From contig CAVWFS010000003.1 of the NCBI GenBank assembly GCA_963754315.1, forward strand, positions 97,261 to 161,260: a stretch of 64,000 bases of DNA, given 5' to 3'. The position numbers were made by a program, and so were the translations under genes. Positions 20,018-33,640 of this stretch are shown one piece after another; the first letter of the stretch is position 1; each line of letters begins with the position of its first letter. The notes under the pieces were generated by a model. It was given only the letters and a program-made list of their open reading frames with translations. It ran no database searches and was not told where the DNA came from. This DNA is from an uncultured Candidatus Rokubacteria bacterium (GTDB lineage Bacteria; Methylomirabilota; Methylomirabilia; Rokubacteriales; CSP1-6).

Positions 20018-21924
20018 TGACGGCCCGCCACGTCGTCGTCGGCACGGCCGGTCACATCGATCATGGAAAGACATCGCTCGTCCGGGCGCTGACCGGCATC
20101 GATACGGATCGGCTCCCCGAAGAGAAGGCCCGCGGCATCACCATCGACCTCGGATTTGCGTTCCTCGAAGAGCCGGACGGGTTGACGGTCGAGATCGTCG
20201 ATGTTCCCGGTCACGAGCGCTTCGTCAAGAACATGCTCGCGGGTGTGGGTGGCATCGACCTCGCCATGCTGGTCGTGGCGGCCGACGAGGGAGTGATGCC
20301 CCAGACGCGCGAGCATCTGGCCATCTGCTCGCTCCTGCACATCCGGGCCGGCCTGGTCGCGCTCACCAAAGTCGACATGGTCGAAGGCGACTGGCTTGAG
20401 CTCGTGACCGACGACGTGAATCGTCTTCTCGCGGGAACCTTCCTCGAAGGTGCGCCACTGCTCCCCGTCTCCGCGAAGACCGGCCAGGGACTCGCCGATC
20501 TCCAGGCTGCCCTGCGGGCGCTGGCCGCCGCGACTCCATCGCGGGGAACGGATCAGCTTCCCAGACTGCCGATCGACCGGGTGTTCACGATTAGAGGTTT
20601 CGGCACCGTGGCAACCGGGACCCTTACTGCGGGAACGCTCGCCGTCGATGATCGTGTTGAGATCTTTCCCCGCGGTGCGCAGGCCAAGATCCGCGGACTG
20701 CAAGTGCACGGGCGTCCGGTCGAGCGGGCGGTGGCTGGCCAGCGCACTGCGGTCAATCTGCAAGGGCTGGAACGCGCCGCCCTCGACCGCGGCGACGTCC
20801 TCGGCCTGCAGGACACGCTGGTTGCCGCCGAGCTGGTCGACGGCACCCTTGAGTTGCTCGAAAGCGCCCCGCGTCCCCTCAAGCCGCGCGACCGCGTTCG
20901 TTTTCATGCCGGGACGAGTGAGGTCATGGCGCGGGTGCTTCTCCTCGACCGTGCTCAGCTGGCCCCCGGGGACACGGCGTTCGCCCGCTTCCGCCTGGAG
21001 GCGCCCGTCGTGGCTCTGCCTGGCGACCGCTTCGTCGTCCGATCCTATTCACCAATCGTCACCATCGGCGGAGGGACTTTGCTCGACATCGATCCTCCGC
21101 GCTTCAAGCGCAAGACGCCGGCCCTGGTGGCTCACCTGGCCCTGCTCGCCGACGGCAGTCCGGAAGCTGTGGTGGAGGAGCACGCGCGCCAGGCGGGCGC
21201 CGCCGGCACCCGGACGGCGCACTTGTCGGGGCGTGTTGGGATCGGGCCCACGCGTTTGCGTATGGCGCTCGACGAGCTGCTGGGAGGGGGACGGCTTCTG
21301 GCGGTCGACCGCGACTGGTATCTACACCCGGAGAGCCATGCGCGCTTCCGAGCGCTGATGATCGAGGTTCTCGAGCAGTTCCATCGCGCCAACCCCCTCC
21401 GATCAGGCATGTCGCGCGAGGAGTTACGAGGGCGGGTAGGGGCCCCTGATGACAAGGTCTTCGCGTATCTGGTGAGCGCGCTCCAGGGAGAGGGCCTCAT
21501 CACGCTGGACCGCGACAAGGTGCGCCTGGCCGCTCACGAGGTCCGGCTCTCTGGCGAGCAACAGCGGGCGGTCGAGCGAGTCGAACAGGACTTCCTGAAG
21601 AGCGCGGCCGCCCCGCCGAGTCCAGAGGAGGCCCTGTCCCGCGCGGGAGTCCAGGGAGGGGAGGAGCACGAACTCTTTCAAGTTCTGATCGAGGGTCGGC
21701 GCCTCGTCCGTGTCAAGGAGTCGCTATTCTTCCACGCCTCGGCCCTCGACGAGATCCAGGGGAAGCTCGTGGCCTTTCTCAAAGAGCGCAAGGAGATCGG
21801 GCCGGGTGATATCAAGGACCTGCTCGGGGTCTCTCGGAAATACGCGATTCCCCTGCTCGAGTACTTCGACGGACGTCGCGTCACGGTACGGGTGGGGGAG
21901 CGGCGGGTCTTGCGTGGCGCCTAG
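20017..21924 (+). CDS. selB: Selenocysteine-specific elongation factor
   Basis: [20 protein letters not shown]-terminal winged helix [13 protein letters not shown]. Confidence 0.97.
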   Translation: MTARHVVVGTAGHIDHGKTSLVRALTGIDTDRLPEEKARGITIDLGFAFLEEPDGLTVEIVDVPGHERFVKNMLAGVGGIDLAMLVVAADEGVMPQTREHLAICSLLHIRAGLVALTKVDMVEGDWLELVTDDVNRLLAGTFLEGAPLLPVSAKTGQGLADLQAALRALAAATPSRGTDQLPRLPIDRVFTIRGFGTVATGTLTAGTLAVDDRVEIFPRGAQAKIRGLQVHGRPVERAVAGQRTAVNLQGLERAALDRGDVLGLQDTLVAAELVDGTLELLESAPRPLKPRDRVRFHAGTSEVMARVLLLDRAQLAPGDTAFARFRLEAPVVALPGDRFVVRSYSPIVTIGGGTLLDIDPPRFKRKTPALVAHLALLADGSPEAVVEEHARQAGAAGTRTAHLSGRVGIGPTRLRMALDELLGGGRLLAVDRDWYLHPESHARFRALMIEVLEQFHRANPLRSGMSREELRGRVGAPDDKVFAYLVSALQGEGLITLDRDKVRLAAHEVRLSGEQQRAVERVEQDFLKSAAAPPSPEEALSRAGVQGGEEHELFQVLIEGRRLVRVKESLFFHASALDEIQGKLVAFLKERKEIGPGDIKDLLGVSRKYAIPLLEYFDGRRVTVRVGERRVLRGA

Positions 21925-21962
21925 GGGCGCGTTAAGGTGTGAGTGGCTGAAAGGAGTTCTCC

Positions 21963-22154
21963 ATGTTTGGTTTGGGTTATCAGGAACTACTGATCATCCT
22001 GGTGATCGTGCTCATCCTCTTCGGCGCCAATCGGCTTCCGGAGTTGGCAAAATCGCTGGGGTCTAGCGTCAAAGAGTTCAAGAAAGGCGTCACCGAGGCC
22101 GAGAAGCCGGATACGGCCGCTGCCACCAAGAAGGACGACGAGAAGAAGGTCTAG
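21963..22154 (+). CDS. tatA: Twin-arginine translocase TatA
   Basis: [28 protein letters not shown]. Confidence 0.95.
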   Translation: MFGLGYQELLIILVIVLILFGANRLPELAKSLGSSVKEFKKGVTEAEKPDTAAATKKDDEKKV

Positions 22155-22183
22155 CGCACTCTCCTTGGCCTGGCGCACTCTCC

Positions 22184-23836
22184 TTGGATAGTCGGGCCGG
22201 CCGCATCGACCTGGTCTGCGCGTCGGCCCTTTCCCTGCTGACCGTTCTCTCGCGCCTCCCGTACCGCGCGCGCATTCCCTACAACTGGGACGCAGTACAG
22301 TTCGCACTCGCGCTCGACGAATACGACATCAGCAAGCACCAGCCCCATCCTCCGGGATACATCCTCTACGTGGCCCTGGGGCGGCTGGTGAATACCTGGC
22401 TCGCCGATCCGACCGCCTCCTACGTCGTGCTGGCCGTGGCCTTCAGTGGCCTCACGACGTTCGTCGTCTACTACCTGGCCCGCGCCGTCTACGATCGTGC
22501 CACCGCGCTGGCGGCAGCCACCCTGCTGGCGGTGAGCCCGCTCTCGTGGTTCTACGGCGCGGTGGGACTCACCTACGCCGGAGAGGCCCTGCTGGCCTCC
22601 GTCGTCGCCTACTTTGCCTTTCGATCGCTCCAAGGGAGCGAGACCGACTCGTGGTTGGCAGCGGGTTACCTCGGTTTGGCGGGCGGGATCCGGCAGTCGA
22701 TTCTCATCCTGCTGTTTCCCCTCTGGCTAGGCTCGGTGGTGGTCGGCGTCCGCCGTGGCCGGACCGTCATGATCGGTCTGCTGATCCTGGCTGCGGTCGT
22801 GCTGGCCTGGTTCGTCCCCATGATCTGGATGACAGGCGGCCTCGAGCGGTACCTGACCGCGTCCCGGGAGCTGGCCGACTCCGTGGTCAAGCCCACCTCC
22901 GTGGTCGGTGGACCATGGGAAACGACCGTCCGCATGTCGCGCTACCTGCTGGAATCGGTGCTGGTCGCCCTCGGACCCCTCGCCCTCGTGGTGCTCCTGA
23001 TACCGTGGTACCTCCGCCGCTATGGATGCGGCTCCCGTGAATGGTTCCTCATCGGGTGGACGGTGCCACCGGTGCTGGTGTACACCTTGGTGCACTTCGG
23101 ACAGGCCGGTTACGCGCTGACGTTCCTGCCCGCCCTGGTGATCCTGCTTGCCCACGTGCTCCTGCGTGCGCTGGCCGACGTGACCACCGCGCTGCCCTAT
23201 CCGCGCCTCAGGTCGGCCCTGGTGGCCGGGGTGGTCATGCTCGTGGTGCTCGTGAACGGCGCCTTCTTCGTCAGCGCGCGTCCGCTCGTTCGAAACTTCG
23301 ACGCGCCCAAGTCGGCGTGGCTGCAGCGCGCCCACGACGAGGCCTCCGACTGGATTTTCAGCCGAACCGCGGCGGCTCTGCGCGAGCACGAGGACGTCGT
23401 GCGGACGTTCGTCGCGACCATTCGCGGGCTCTATCCTCCCGAGGAGACGGCCATCATTACCGAGCTTGGCAATCCACGCAGCTATCCGTGGCTGCGCCAC
23501 GCCATGTTCTACCTGCCGGAATATCCGATCTACGAGTTGATGGTGGGAGACACGCCGCCCGGCTACTACGCGCCGCGGCGCGCGGCAGCCATGATCGTCG
23601 AGCCGGAGCTCGACGTTCCGTTGCCGGCTCGCGTGAAGCGGTTGGTGTGGTTCGTGGATCACTGGAGCCCGCTCTCGGAGCGGCCGGAAGGCCTCGAGGA
23701 GATCGAGATCCCGTTCGGTCGCTTTCTCTACGTACTCGCCGTCGGCCGATCCCCCGTGGAGTACGCGGGCTATACGTTCGTGCGCGAAGAGCTGCCGCGG
23801 CCGGCGCCGCCAGGGGCGCGCGTCCGCGCGCAGTGA
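22184..23836 (+). CDS. GT-C-like polytopic membrane protein (DUF2723/PMT-like)
   Basis: WDAVQFALA..YDI..HQPHPPGY; many TM segments. Confidence 0.75.
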   Translation: MDSRAGRIDLVCASALSLLTVLSRLPYRARIPYNWDAVQFALALDEYDISKHQPHPPGYILYVALGRLVNTWLADPTASYVVLAVAFSGLTTFVVYYLARAVYDRATALAAATLLAVSPLSWFYGAVGLTYAGEALLASVVAYFAFRSLQGSETDSWLAAGYLGLAGGIRQSILILLFPLWLGSVVVGVRRGRTVMIGLLILAAVVLAWFVPMIWMTGGLERYLTASRELADSVVKPTSVVGGPWETTVRMSRYLLESVLVALGPLALVVLLIPWYLRRYGCGSREWFLIGWTVPPVLVYTLVHFGQAGYALTFLPALVILLAHVLLRALADVTTALPYPRLRSALVAGVVMLVVLVNGAFFVSARPLVRNFDAPKSAWLQRAHDEASDWIFSRTAAALREHEDVVRTFVATIRGLYPPEETAIITELGNPRSYPWLRHAMFYLPEYPIYELMVGDTPPGYYAPRRAAAMIVEPELDVPLPARVKRLVWFVDHWSPLSERPEGLEEIEIPFGRFLYVLAVGRSPVEYAGYTFVREELPRPAPPGARVRAQ

Positions 23837-25296
23837 GGGGCTGGCACGCCGACCTCGTCGTTGCGGCCAGCGCCATTCTTCCGCTGGCGTATTTCTGCCT
23901 GCGCGAGCAACAGATTGCGGGGGCGGCCGGGTTTCCTCTCGACGACTCCTGGATCCATCTACACTTCGCCCGCAACATCGCGGAAGGAGCCGGGTTCTCC
24001 TACGGTGACGGCATTCCGGTGTCGGGGTCGACAGCGCCCGTGTGGACGGTGCTGCTCGCCGGCGCCCTGGCCCTGGGCGGACCACCGATCGTGCTCGTCA
24101 AGACCCTGGGGGCCCTCGCCACGGTCGGCGCCGCAGTGCTCACGCGTCACGCTGCCGTCGCCTGGGGGGCGGCGCCGGTGCCCTCGTTGCTCACCGCCGT
24201 CGCCTTCGCCTCAAGCGGCCCCCTCGTGTGGGGAGCGTTGTCGGGCATGGAGGTCTCCTTGGCCGCGGCGTTCGTCGCTGCCGCCCTCCTCGCTCACGCT
24301 CGCGACCGAACGCTGTGGACCGCCGTCTGGGCGGCTCTGGCCGTGCTCGCCCGACCGGAAGCCCTGCTCCTCGTGCCGTTATTCTTCCTCGCGCGTCCTC
24401 TCACCTTCGGCCGGGGCCTCGGCTTCGTGCTGATCACACTCACCGTGCTGGCGCCAGCCGTGTTGTTCAGCCTTGCGACCGTCGGCTCACCGATGCCCGC
24501 GACCGCAGTCGCCAAGGTGGAAGGGGGCCTGCTCGGCTGGCTGTCCGGAGTGCACGAACCCTGGAGGCAGTTGCTGGTCGAACGTCCCGCGCGTTTCATG
24601 ACGGCGTGGGTCGGCTGGCTGGCCACGATCAACTGGGTGCTGCCGGTGGCGATCCTCCCTGGACTCTGGTACGCGTGGCGTCGGACCGGACGGGCCCTGG
24701 GCTTCGTCTCCGTGGCGCTGCTCGCCCATCCTCTGGCGATGGCGTGGTTCGCGCCGTATCGTGATCCGGCGTTCCAGGAGGGACGCTACTCAATCCACGT
24801 GCTCCCGCTCGCCTTCGTCCTCGTGGCGCTGGGGTTGTGCGCCCTCCCGTGGCCGCGCCTGACCCTGACTGTCTTCCTGGTGTGCGCGCTCGTTCCGCTC
24901 GGGCGGGCTGCCGACCGCTATGCGTGGGGCGTGCAGAACATCAATGCCATGCAGGTTCACCTCGGGCACTGGGTGGCCGCCCATCTGCCGCCGACCTCCC
25001 GTATCGCCGTGAACGACATCGGGGCCATCGCGTACTTCAGCCGCTATCCCCTTATCGATCTGATGGGGCTGGTGACCCCCGACATCATCCCGTATCGGCG
25101 CGACGGCGAGCAGGGGGTCATCCGCTATCTGGGCGAGCATTGCCCGGACTACCTCATCGTGTTTCCGACGTGGTTTCCGCAACTGACGGCGCGGCAAGAG
25201 TCGCTTCAGCCCATCTACCGCGTGCGGCTTGAACGCAACGAGGTGGCGGGTAGCTCCGAGATGGTCGTGTATCGCGTCACCCGCTGCCCCCTTTGA
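23833..25296 (+). CDS. GT-C-like polytopic membrane glycosyltransferase
   Basis: LDDSWIHLHFARN, GSTAPVW, SGME, ARPEA, DIGAIAY..IDLMGL. Confidence 0.75.
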   Translation: MRGWHADLVVAASAILPLAYFCLREQQIAGAAGFPLDDSWIHLHFARNIAEGAGFSYGDGIPVSGSTAPVWTVLLAGALALGGPPIVLVKTLGALATVGAAVLTRHAAVAWGAAPVPSLLTAVAFASSGPLVWGALSGMEVSLAAAFVAAALLAHARDRTLWTAVWAALAVLARPEALLLVPLFFLARPLTFGRGLGFVLITLTVLAPAVLFSLATVGSPMPATAVAKVEGGLLGWLSGVHEPWRQLLVERPARFMTAWVGWLATINWVLPVAILPGLWYAWRRTGRALGFVSVALLAHPLAMAWFAPYRDPAFQEGRYSIHVLPLAFVLVALGLCALPWPRLTLTVFLVCALVPLGRAADRYAWGVQNINAMQVHLGHWVAAHLPPTSRIAVNDIGAIAYFSRYPLIDLMGLVTPDIIPYRRDGEQGVIRYLGEHCPDYLIVFPTWFPQLTARQESLQPIYRVRLERNEVAGSSEMVVYRVTRCPL

Positions 25297-25330
25297 GGCC
25301 GGGCGCCTATGGTACGATGACGATCCCGCG

Positions 25331-28186
25331 ATGGACTACAAGACGACCTTGAATCTCCCCCGTACGGCCTTTCCCATGAAGGCCAATCTCGTCCGCAGCG
25401 AGCCCGAGATGCTCGCCTGGTGGGACGCGATGGGGATCTATAAGCGCCTGCGCGAGGTGGCGGGCGGGCGGCCGCTGTGGATTCTGCACGACGGCCCCCC
25501 CTATGCGAACGGGCTCATCCATCTGGGCCACGTGCTGAACAAGGTCCTCAAGGACATGATCGTGAAGTCACGCTCGATGCTCGGTTTCAACGCTGTGTAC
25601 GTTCCCGGCTGGGACTGTCACGGCCTCCCCATCGAGCACGAGGTCGACAAACAGCTCGGCCTCGACCAGGCGTCAATCGATATCCGTCGCGCGATGGACC
25701 CCATCGAGAAGCGGCGGCGGTGCCGCGAGTATGCCCTGCGCTTCGTGGAGATCCAGCGGGACGAGTTCCGGCGACTCGGCGTCTTCGGCGATTGGGACAA
25801 CCCCTATCTCACGATGACGCCAGCCTACGAGGCGATCATCGCGCGCGAGCTCGGGCGCTTCGTGGGGCGCGGCCTCGTCTTCAAGGGCCTCAAGCCCGTC
25901 CACTGGTGCATGCACTGCAAGACCGCGCTCGCCCAGGCGGAGGTCGAGTACGAGAACCAGCGAACGCCGTCCATGTATGTAAAGTTCCCGCTCGTCCACG
26001 CCTTGCTGGATTCGCCGGAGGCACCGTCGCCATCGCTGGTGATCTGGACGACGACTCCGTGGACGTTGCCCGCCAATCTCGCGGTGGCCGTGCATCCGGA
26101 TGAGGACTACGTCGCGCTCGTGGTGGCCAGTGGCGGGGGCGGGCCCGAGACCTTGGTGGTGGCCGCCAAGCTGGCGGACGCCTTCCTGGAGGTTGCCGGG
26201 CTACGCGACGCGCGTCGAATCGCGACGTTCTCCGGCCGCCGCCTCGAGGGTCGCGAGTATCGTCATCCGTGGATCGCGCGCAGCGGCCGCGTCGCGGCGG
26301 CTGACTTCGTGGCCATGGACACCGGCACCGGGCTCGTCCACATCGCCCCCGGTCATGGTGAGGAGGACTACGAGCTGGGGCGGCGGCTCGGCCTGCCCGT
26401 CTACAACCCCGTCGACGACGACGGCCGATTCTTGCAAGACGTCGAGCTGCTCGGCGGCCTGACGGTGTGGGAGGCGAACGGCAAGATCATCGAGCTCTTG
26501 CGGCAACGTGGTCTCCTGGCTGCCCAGGTGCCGTTGGACCATACCTACCCGCACTGCTGGCGCTGCAAGAACCCCACGCTCTTTCGCGCCACCGAGCAAT
26601 GGTTCATCGCTCTCGACCAGGACGGGCTGCGCCAGCGGGCGCTGGAGGCCATCAAACGCGACGTGCGCTGGATCCCCGCCTGGGGCGAGGAGCGCCTCCA
26701 CAACATGGTGGCCCATCGTTCGGAGTGGGTCATCTCGCGGCAACGCGTGTGGGGGGTGCCCATTGTCGCCTTCTACTGCACCGGCTGCGACGAGCTACTC
26801 CTCAGCGAGGCCGTCATCGAGCACGTGACGACGATCTTCCGGGACGGGCAGGGCGCCGACGAGTGGTACGCGCGGGAGGCGGCGGACCTCCTCCCGCCCG
26901 GGACTCGGTGCCAGAAGTGTGGGGCGAACGACTTCCGCAAGGAAACGGACATCCTCGATGTGTGGTTCGACTCTGGCTGTAGCCACGCGGCCGTGCTCGA
27001 GACGCGCCCCGATTTGCGCTGGCCGGCCGAGCTGTACATCGAGGGGACCGACCAGCATCGCGGCTGGTTTCAGTCGTCACTGCTGGAGGCGGTCGGAACG
27101 CGGGGGGCGCCGCCCTACCGCGCCGTGATCACGCACGGGTTCTTCGTCGACGCCGACGGCCGGAAAATGTCGAAGTCCGTCGGCAACTACATTCCTCTCG
27201 AGGAGCTGATCCCCAAGTACGGCGCCGAGATCTTGCGTCTGTGGGTCTCGGCCGAAGACTACACTCAGGATATCCGGCTGTCCCTGGAGATCCTCGACCG
27301 GCTGGCCGACGCCTACCGGCGCCTCCGGAACACGTTTCGGTTTCTGCTCGGCAACCTGGGAGACTTCGATCCCCGGCGCGATAGCCGACGCTACCACGAG
27401 CTGGACGAGGTCGACCGGTTCATCCTGGATCGTCTGGGCCGGCTCATCGGCCGTGTTCGGCGCGCCTACGAGGAGTATCAGTTCCACACGGTCTTCCACG
27501 CCGTGCACAACTTCTGCGCGGTCGACCTCTCCGCCCTGTACCTGGACATCATCAAGGACCGCCTGTACACGAGCGCCCACGATGATCCGCGCCGGCGGGC
27601 CGGCCAGACCGCGTGCTACGAGATTCTGTCCGCGCTCGTGCGCCTGCTGGCGCCCGTCCTCACCTTCACCACGGAGGAAGCGTGGCGGATGATGCCGGGC
27701 GCGCCCTCCGACAGCGTGCATCTCGAGCGCTTCCCCGAGATTCCTTCCGAGTGGATCGACGACACGCTCGAGCGCGAGTGGACGCGGCTCCTCGAGGTCC
27801 GGCGCGAGGTGGCCAAGGCCCTGGAGACGGCCCGGGTGGCGCGCGGGGTCGACGCTGCCCGCAGCCAGGGTCTCGCTATCGGCAGCGGGTTGGAGGCGAT
27901 CGTCCGTATCCTGGCTTCTCCCGAGGATCTTCCAGACCTGCTTCGTCGCAAGCAGGATCTGCTGCCCACATTGTTCATCGTGTCGCAGGTGACCTTCGAG
28001 TCGAAGCCGGGTGGCTCCCTGGTCCACCATCCGAGCCAGGACATCCCCGGCCTGGTGGTTGCGGTCGATCGAGCTCCTGGCCACAAGTGCGACCGCTGCT
28101 GGCGGTACACCGAGCATGTCGGCGAGAGTCGCGCGCATCCGACGTTGTGCGAGCGCTGCCTGCCGGTCGTGCTCGCGCGTTCGTGA
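25331..28186 (+). CDS. ileS: Isoleucine--tRNA ligase
   Basis: [26 protein letters not shown]-terminal Zn finger. Confidence 0.98.
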   Translation: MDYKTTLNLPRTAFPMKANLVRSEPEMLAWWDAMGIYKRLREVAGGRPLWILHDGPPYANGLIHLGHVLNKVLKDMIVKSRSMLGFNAVYVPGWDCHGLPIEHEVDKQLGLDQASIDIRRAMDPIEKRRRCREYALRFVEIQRDEFRRLGVFGDWDNPYLTMTPAYEAIIARELGRFVGRGLVFKGLKPVHWCMHCKTALAQAEVEYENQRTPSMYVKFPLVHALLDSPEAPSPSLVIWTTTPWTLPANLAVAVHPDEDYVALVVASGGGGPETLVVAAKLADAFLEVAGLRDARRIATFSGRRLEGREYRHPWIARSGRVAAADFVAMDTGTGLVHIAPGHGEEDYELGRRLGLPVYNPVDDDGRFLQDVELLGGLTVWEANGKIIELLRQRGLLAAQVPLDHTYPHCWRCKNPTLFRATEQWFIALDQDGLRQRALEAIKRDVRWIPAWGEERLHNMVAHRSEWVISRQRVWGVPIVAFYCTGCDELLLSEAVIEHVTTIFRDGQGADEWYAREAADLLPPGTRCQKCGANDFRKETDILDVWFDSGCSHAAVLETRPDLRWPAELYIEGTDQHRGWFQSSLLEAVGTRGAPPYRAVITHGFFVDADGRKMSKSVGNYIPLEELIPKYGAEILRLWVSAEDYTQDIRLSLEILDRLADAYRRLRNTFRFLLGNLGDFDPRRDSRRYHELDEVDRFILDRLGRLIGRVRRAYEEYQFHTVFHAVHNFCAVDLSALYLDIIKDRLYTSAHDDPRRRAGQTACYEILSALVRLLAPVLTFTTEEAWRMMPGAPSDSVHLERFPEIPSEWIDDTLEREWTRLLEVRREVAKALETARVARGVDAARSQGLAIGSGLEAIVRILASPEDLPDLLRRKQDLLPTLFIVSQVTFESKPGGSLVHHPSQDIPGLVVAVDRAPGHKCDRCWRYTEHVGESRAHPTLCERCLPVVLARS

Positions 28187-28659
28187 TCCGCGTCCTCATC
28201 CTGGCCGGGGCGCTGATCGTCGCCGATCAGATCACCAAGGCCATCGCGCTGACCCACCTGGCGCCGGGTGTTCCCGTCGAGCTTACCAGCTGGCTCTCCC
28301 TTACGTTGGTCATGAACCCCGGCCTTGCCTTTGGCCTGCTGGCGGGCGTGCCGCCGAACTGGCGCTGGGTGGTGGCAGTGCTATCGCTGGTGGCTCTGGT
28401 TGTGCTGGCGCGGGTGGCCCTCCGCGTGTTGCCCACCGATGGGTGGCCAGGGCGGGTTGCCGTCGGCCTCATCTTCGGCGGCGCGGTCGGTAATCTCATC
28501 GACCGTGTGCGCTGGGGGGCGGTCGTCGACTTTGTCGATGCCCATTGGCGCGGGTATCATTGGCCCGCCTTCAACGTCGCCGACTCCGCTATCACGGTGG
28601 GGGTAACCCTGCTCGCCGTTCGCCTCGTCTTCCGGCCGCCTCCTCCCACCGCGGGATAG
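28183..28659 (+). CDS. lspA: Lipoprotein signal peptidase II
   Basis: DQITK, NPGLAFG, GNLIDR, VVDF, FNVAD. Confidence 0.96.
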   Translation: MIRVLILAGALIVADQITKAIALTHLAPGVPVELTSWLSLTLVMNPGLAFGLLAGVPPNWRWVVAVLSLVALVVLARVALRVLPTDGWPGRVAVGLIFGGAVGNLIDRVRWGAVVDFVDAHWRGYHWPAFNVADSAITVGVTLLAVRLVFRPPPPTAG

Positions 28660-28662
28660 AGT

Positions 28663-29601
28663 GTGAAGCCCTTACGCCTCAAGGTCGGACGCGAGGCGGC
28701 CGGGTTTCGACTCGACCGTTGGCTTGCCGCCCACGTCGAAAACCAGTCGCGGGCGCGGCTTCAAGGACTGATCGAGCAAGGGCGAGTGAGGGTGAACCAC
28801 GAAGTGTTCCGGGCCGCCCATCGCCTTCGGGGCGGGGAGGTGGTCGAGGTCGAGATCCCACCGCTGCCCGCCGAGGACTTGCGCCCGGAGCCAATAGCCC
28901 TCACGGTGCGCTACGAGGATGACCATGTCTTGGTGATCGACAAGCCCTCGGGGATGGTCGTCCATCCCGGGGCAGGTCACGTTGCTGGAACGTTGGCGGC
29001 GGCAGTCCTCGCGCACGCACCCGACGTCGCTGGTGTCGGGGGACCGCGCCGGCCGGGAGTCGTGCACCGCCTGGACAAAGATACGTCTGGGCTGCTCGTC
29101 GTGGCCCGCACCCAGCGTGCGTACGACTCGCTAACCGCTCAGCTGGCCGCCCGGACGGTCGCACGCCGATATCTGGCCGTCGCCCACGGCCGGGTGGCCG
29201 CGCCGCACGGCGTTGTCGATGCGCCGATCGGCCGCCATCCGACCGAGCGTATTCGCATGGCGGTGCGACCCGAGGGCAAAGGGCGGCGCGCCGTGACGCG
29301 CTACCGGGTCCTGGAGCGCTTTGCCGCGTTCACCTATCTCGAGGCTCAGCTCGAGACTGGGCGCACTCATCAGATCCGAGTTCATCTTTTGTCCATTGGG
29401 CATCCCATCTATGGCGATGAGACGTACAGATTGCGGTCATCGAGACGCCTGCCCATTCCGTTCGACGGCATCGCTCTGCACGCCTTTTCGCTGGAGTTCG
29501 TGCATCCAGTTACGGGAAGGCAGATGGGATTCACAAGCCCTGCTCCCACGCGGATCGAACGCCTTGTCACATATCTTCGCGAAGGGCATGATGTTTGCTA
29601 G
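28663..29601 (+). CDS. rluD: RluA/RluD pseudouridine synthase
   Basis: S4 domain, HRLDKDTSG, GRTHQIRVH. Confidence 0.93.
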   Translation: MKPLRLKVGREAAGFRLDRWLAAHVENQSRARLQGLIEQGRVRVNHEVFRAAHRLRGGEVVEVEIPPLPAEDLRPEPIALTVRYEDDHVLVIDKPSGMVVHPGAGHVAGTLAAAVLAHAPDVAGVGGPRRPGVVHRLDKDTSGLLVVARTQRAYDSLTAQLAARTVARRYLAVAHGRVAAPHGVVDAPIGRHPTERIRMAVRPEGKGRRAVTRYRVLERFAAFTYLEAQLETGRTHQIRVHLLSIGHPIYGDETYRLRSSRRLPIPFDGIALHAFSLEFVHPVTGRQMGFTSPAPTRIERLVTYLREGHDVC

Positions 29602-29625
29602 CTTGGGCGAGAGGGGGAATCCGTC

Positions 29626-31008
29626 ATGAGCCAGCTCACAGCGGTAATTCTTGCGGCGGGAGAGGGCAAGCGCATGCGCTCGCGCCAGCCCAAGGTACTC
29701 CATCGGCTTTGTGGCCGGCCCCTTGTCGCCTACCCGGTCAGGGCGGCCCGTTCCGTCACTGACCAGATCGTGATGGTGGTTGGTCCGGAACAAGGCGACC
29801 TCGTCCCTGTTGTCGGTAGCGACGTACGATTCGCGGAGCAGCGCGAGCGGCTCGGAACCGGACATGCTCTGCTGCAGGCTCAGCCACTTGCCGCCGACGG
29901 CACAATCCTCGTCCTGCCTGGGGACACGCCGCTCCTCTCCGGCGCAACCCTCGATCGCCTGGTGACCCATCATCGAGCCACCCGGGCCGCCGCGACATTG
30001 TTGACCTCGATTGTCGACCAGGGACAGGGATACGGACGGATCCTTCGCCAGGGGGGCCGGGTGGCCGGGATCGTGGAGGAACGCGACGCGACCGACGACC
30101 AGAAGGCGATCACCGAGATCAACGCCAGCGTGTATTGCTTCGAGGCGCGACGGTTGTGGCCAGCGCTGGCCAAGGTCCGCGCGGAGAATGCCCAGGGTGA
30201 GTACTACCTGACCGACGTGATCGGGATTCTCGCCCGTGGGGGCGAGCGGGTGGAGGCGATTACGACCACAGGCGGGGTGGAGGCGCTGGGGGTCAACGAC
30301 CGCAAGCAGCTGGCGGCGCTGGCCGCTATCCAGCAACGGCGCATCCTGGATCGCCTGATGGAGGAAGGCGTCACCATCCTCGATCCGGCGGCCACCTACA
30401 TCGAGGACACGGTCACCATCGGCCCCGACACCATCGTGTATCCGCAGGCGATCCTCGAGGGCAACACGGTCATCGGGAGCGACTGCGTGGTTGGTGCTGG
30501 GTGCCACATCAGAGGTAGCCGGCTGGCCGACCGAGTTTCCCTCAAGCCGTACTGCGTCATCACCGACTCGGTGATCGACGATGGCGCCATCCTGGGACCG
30601 TTCTGCCACCTGCGCCCCCAATCACACGTGGGACCGGACGCGCACATCGGCAATTTCGTGGAACTCAAGAAGTCGCGGATCGGACGGGGAGCCAAGGCCA
30701 ATCACCTCGCCTATCTCGGGGATGCCACCGTGGGAGACCACGTGAACGTCGGAGCTGGCACCATCACCTGCAACTACGATGGCGTGGCCAAGTACCCCAC
30801 CACCATTGGTGATCGTGCCTTCATCGGGACCAACACGAGCTTGGTGGCTCCCATCACCGTCGGTGCCGGTGCCTACGTGGGTGCCGGATCCGTCATCACC
30901 AAGGATGTGCCGCCGGGGGCGCTGGCCGTGGCCCGTGGGCAGCAATTCGTCAAGGAAGGCTGGGCCACGCGGCGCGCCCAGCAGCGGCCAGCGAAGCGCG
31001 AGGGCTAA
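29626..31008 (+). CDS. glmU: Bifunctional UDP-GlcNAc pyrophosphorylase/acetyltransferase
   Basis: LAAGEGKRM, EYYLTD, GNFVELK, hexapeptide repeats. Confidence 0.97.
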   Translation: MSQLTAVILAAGEGKRMRSRQPKVLHRLCGRPLVAYPVRAARSVTDQIVMVVGPEQGDLVPVVGSDVRFAEQRERLGTGHALLQAQPLAADGTILVLPGDTPLLSGATLDRLVTHHRATRAAATLLTSIVDQGQGYGRILRQGGRVAGIVEERDATDDQKAITEINASVYCFEARRLWPALAKVRAENAQGEYYLTDVIGILARGGERVEAITTTGGVEALGVNDRKQLAALAAIQQRRILDRLMEEGVTILDPAATYIEDTVTIGPDTIVYPQAILEGNTVIGSDCVVGAGCHIRGSRLADRVSLKPYCVITDSVIDDGAILGPFCHLRPQSHVGPDAHIGNFVELKKSRIGRGAKANHLAYLGDATVGDHVNVGAGTITCNYDGVAKYPTTIGDRAFIGTNTSLVAPITVGAGAYVGAGSVITKDVPPGALAVARGQQFVKEGWATRRAQQRPAKREG

Positions 31009-31011
31009 GCC

Positions 31012-32850
<1,839 letters not shown>

Positions 32851-32859
32851 AACGACGTC

Positions 32860-33509
32860 AGATCAGCCGCGCGCCGCCGGCTGATCCTTAGCCACGCGCG
32901 ATCGGCTGTGAGGACGGCGGCCTGGCTGCCAGTACATCCCCTGTGGCTAGCACCAAGGCGTCGGGAAGCCGCAACGGGCCATGGCCCGCGCGCAGCACGG
33001 CCGCCCGGCCGGCAGCCTCGCGGGTCACTGGTTCGACGTGGATGGCCAGGGCGGCCAGCACCTCGTCCACGACGGCCACCGCCTCCACCCCGCGGCGCGC
33101 CGGGCCGACGAGGATCTCTGCATACGCACTGGCCGGCAGGACCAGGCTCTCGCCTCGGCTCGCCGTCAGAGCGGCGACCGCTCGCCGGTGATGCCGGTCT
33201 TCTCCGTCGAGACAACGTCCGACCATCCACCGCTCGCGTCCTGGCGACGAATTACGGCAGGCGACTCGCAGGGCCGCTGGTCTCTCAGGTAGCGGGGCGG
33301 GGCGAGAACCGAGCTGGAGCACGCTCGGCCTGGCGGCGAGGCATCGCCGGTTCTGGACAGAGCGACGCATCCGACCTCGCCCCGGCCGCTTCAACCATGG
33401 GGCGTCGTCGCCCGCGCCCGAAGGCACGGCGCGTCCGAAGCGTCCTCCACCTATCATCACTGGGCCAGCTCTGCTGGAGGATCCGTGAGACCGCGCGAGA
33501 CCGCTTCAT
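32860..33509 (-). pseudogene. Degraded AbrB-type antitoxin plus PIN (VapC) toxin pair
   Basis: PIN motifs (DAS, AYAEILVGP, LRLPDALVLAT, VLTADRAW) spread over several frames. Upstream are indel-ridden AbrB-like remnants (MVEAAG, YLRD). Confidence 0.6.
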
Positions 33510-33640
33510 GACGATGGCCAGGCTGAGCAAGCAATTTGGCCCGGACCCGAGGGCCTATCACGCCGGGTCTATACGCCCGCAGACCCAGGCGCGGAACCCT
33601 CGGACGGGATGCTCGAAGGCCGCGGTACAATTCATGGTCA

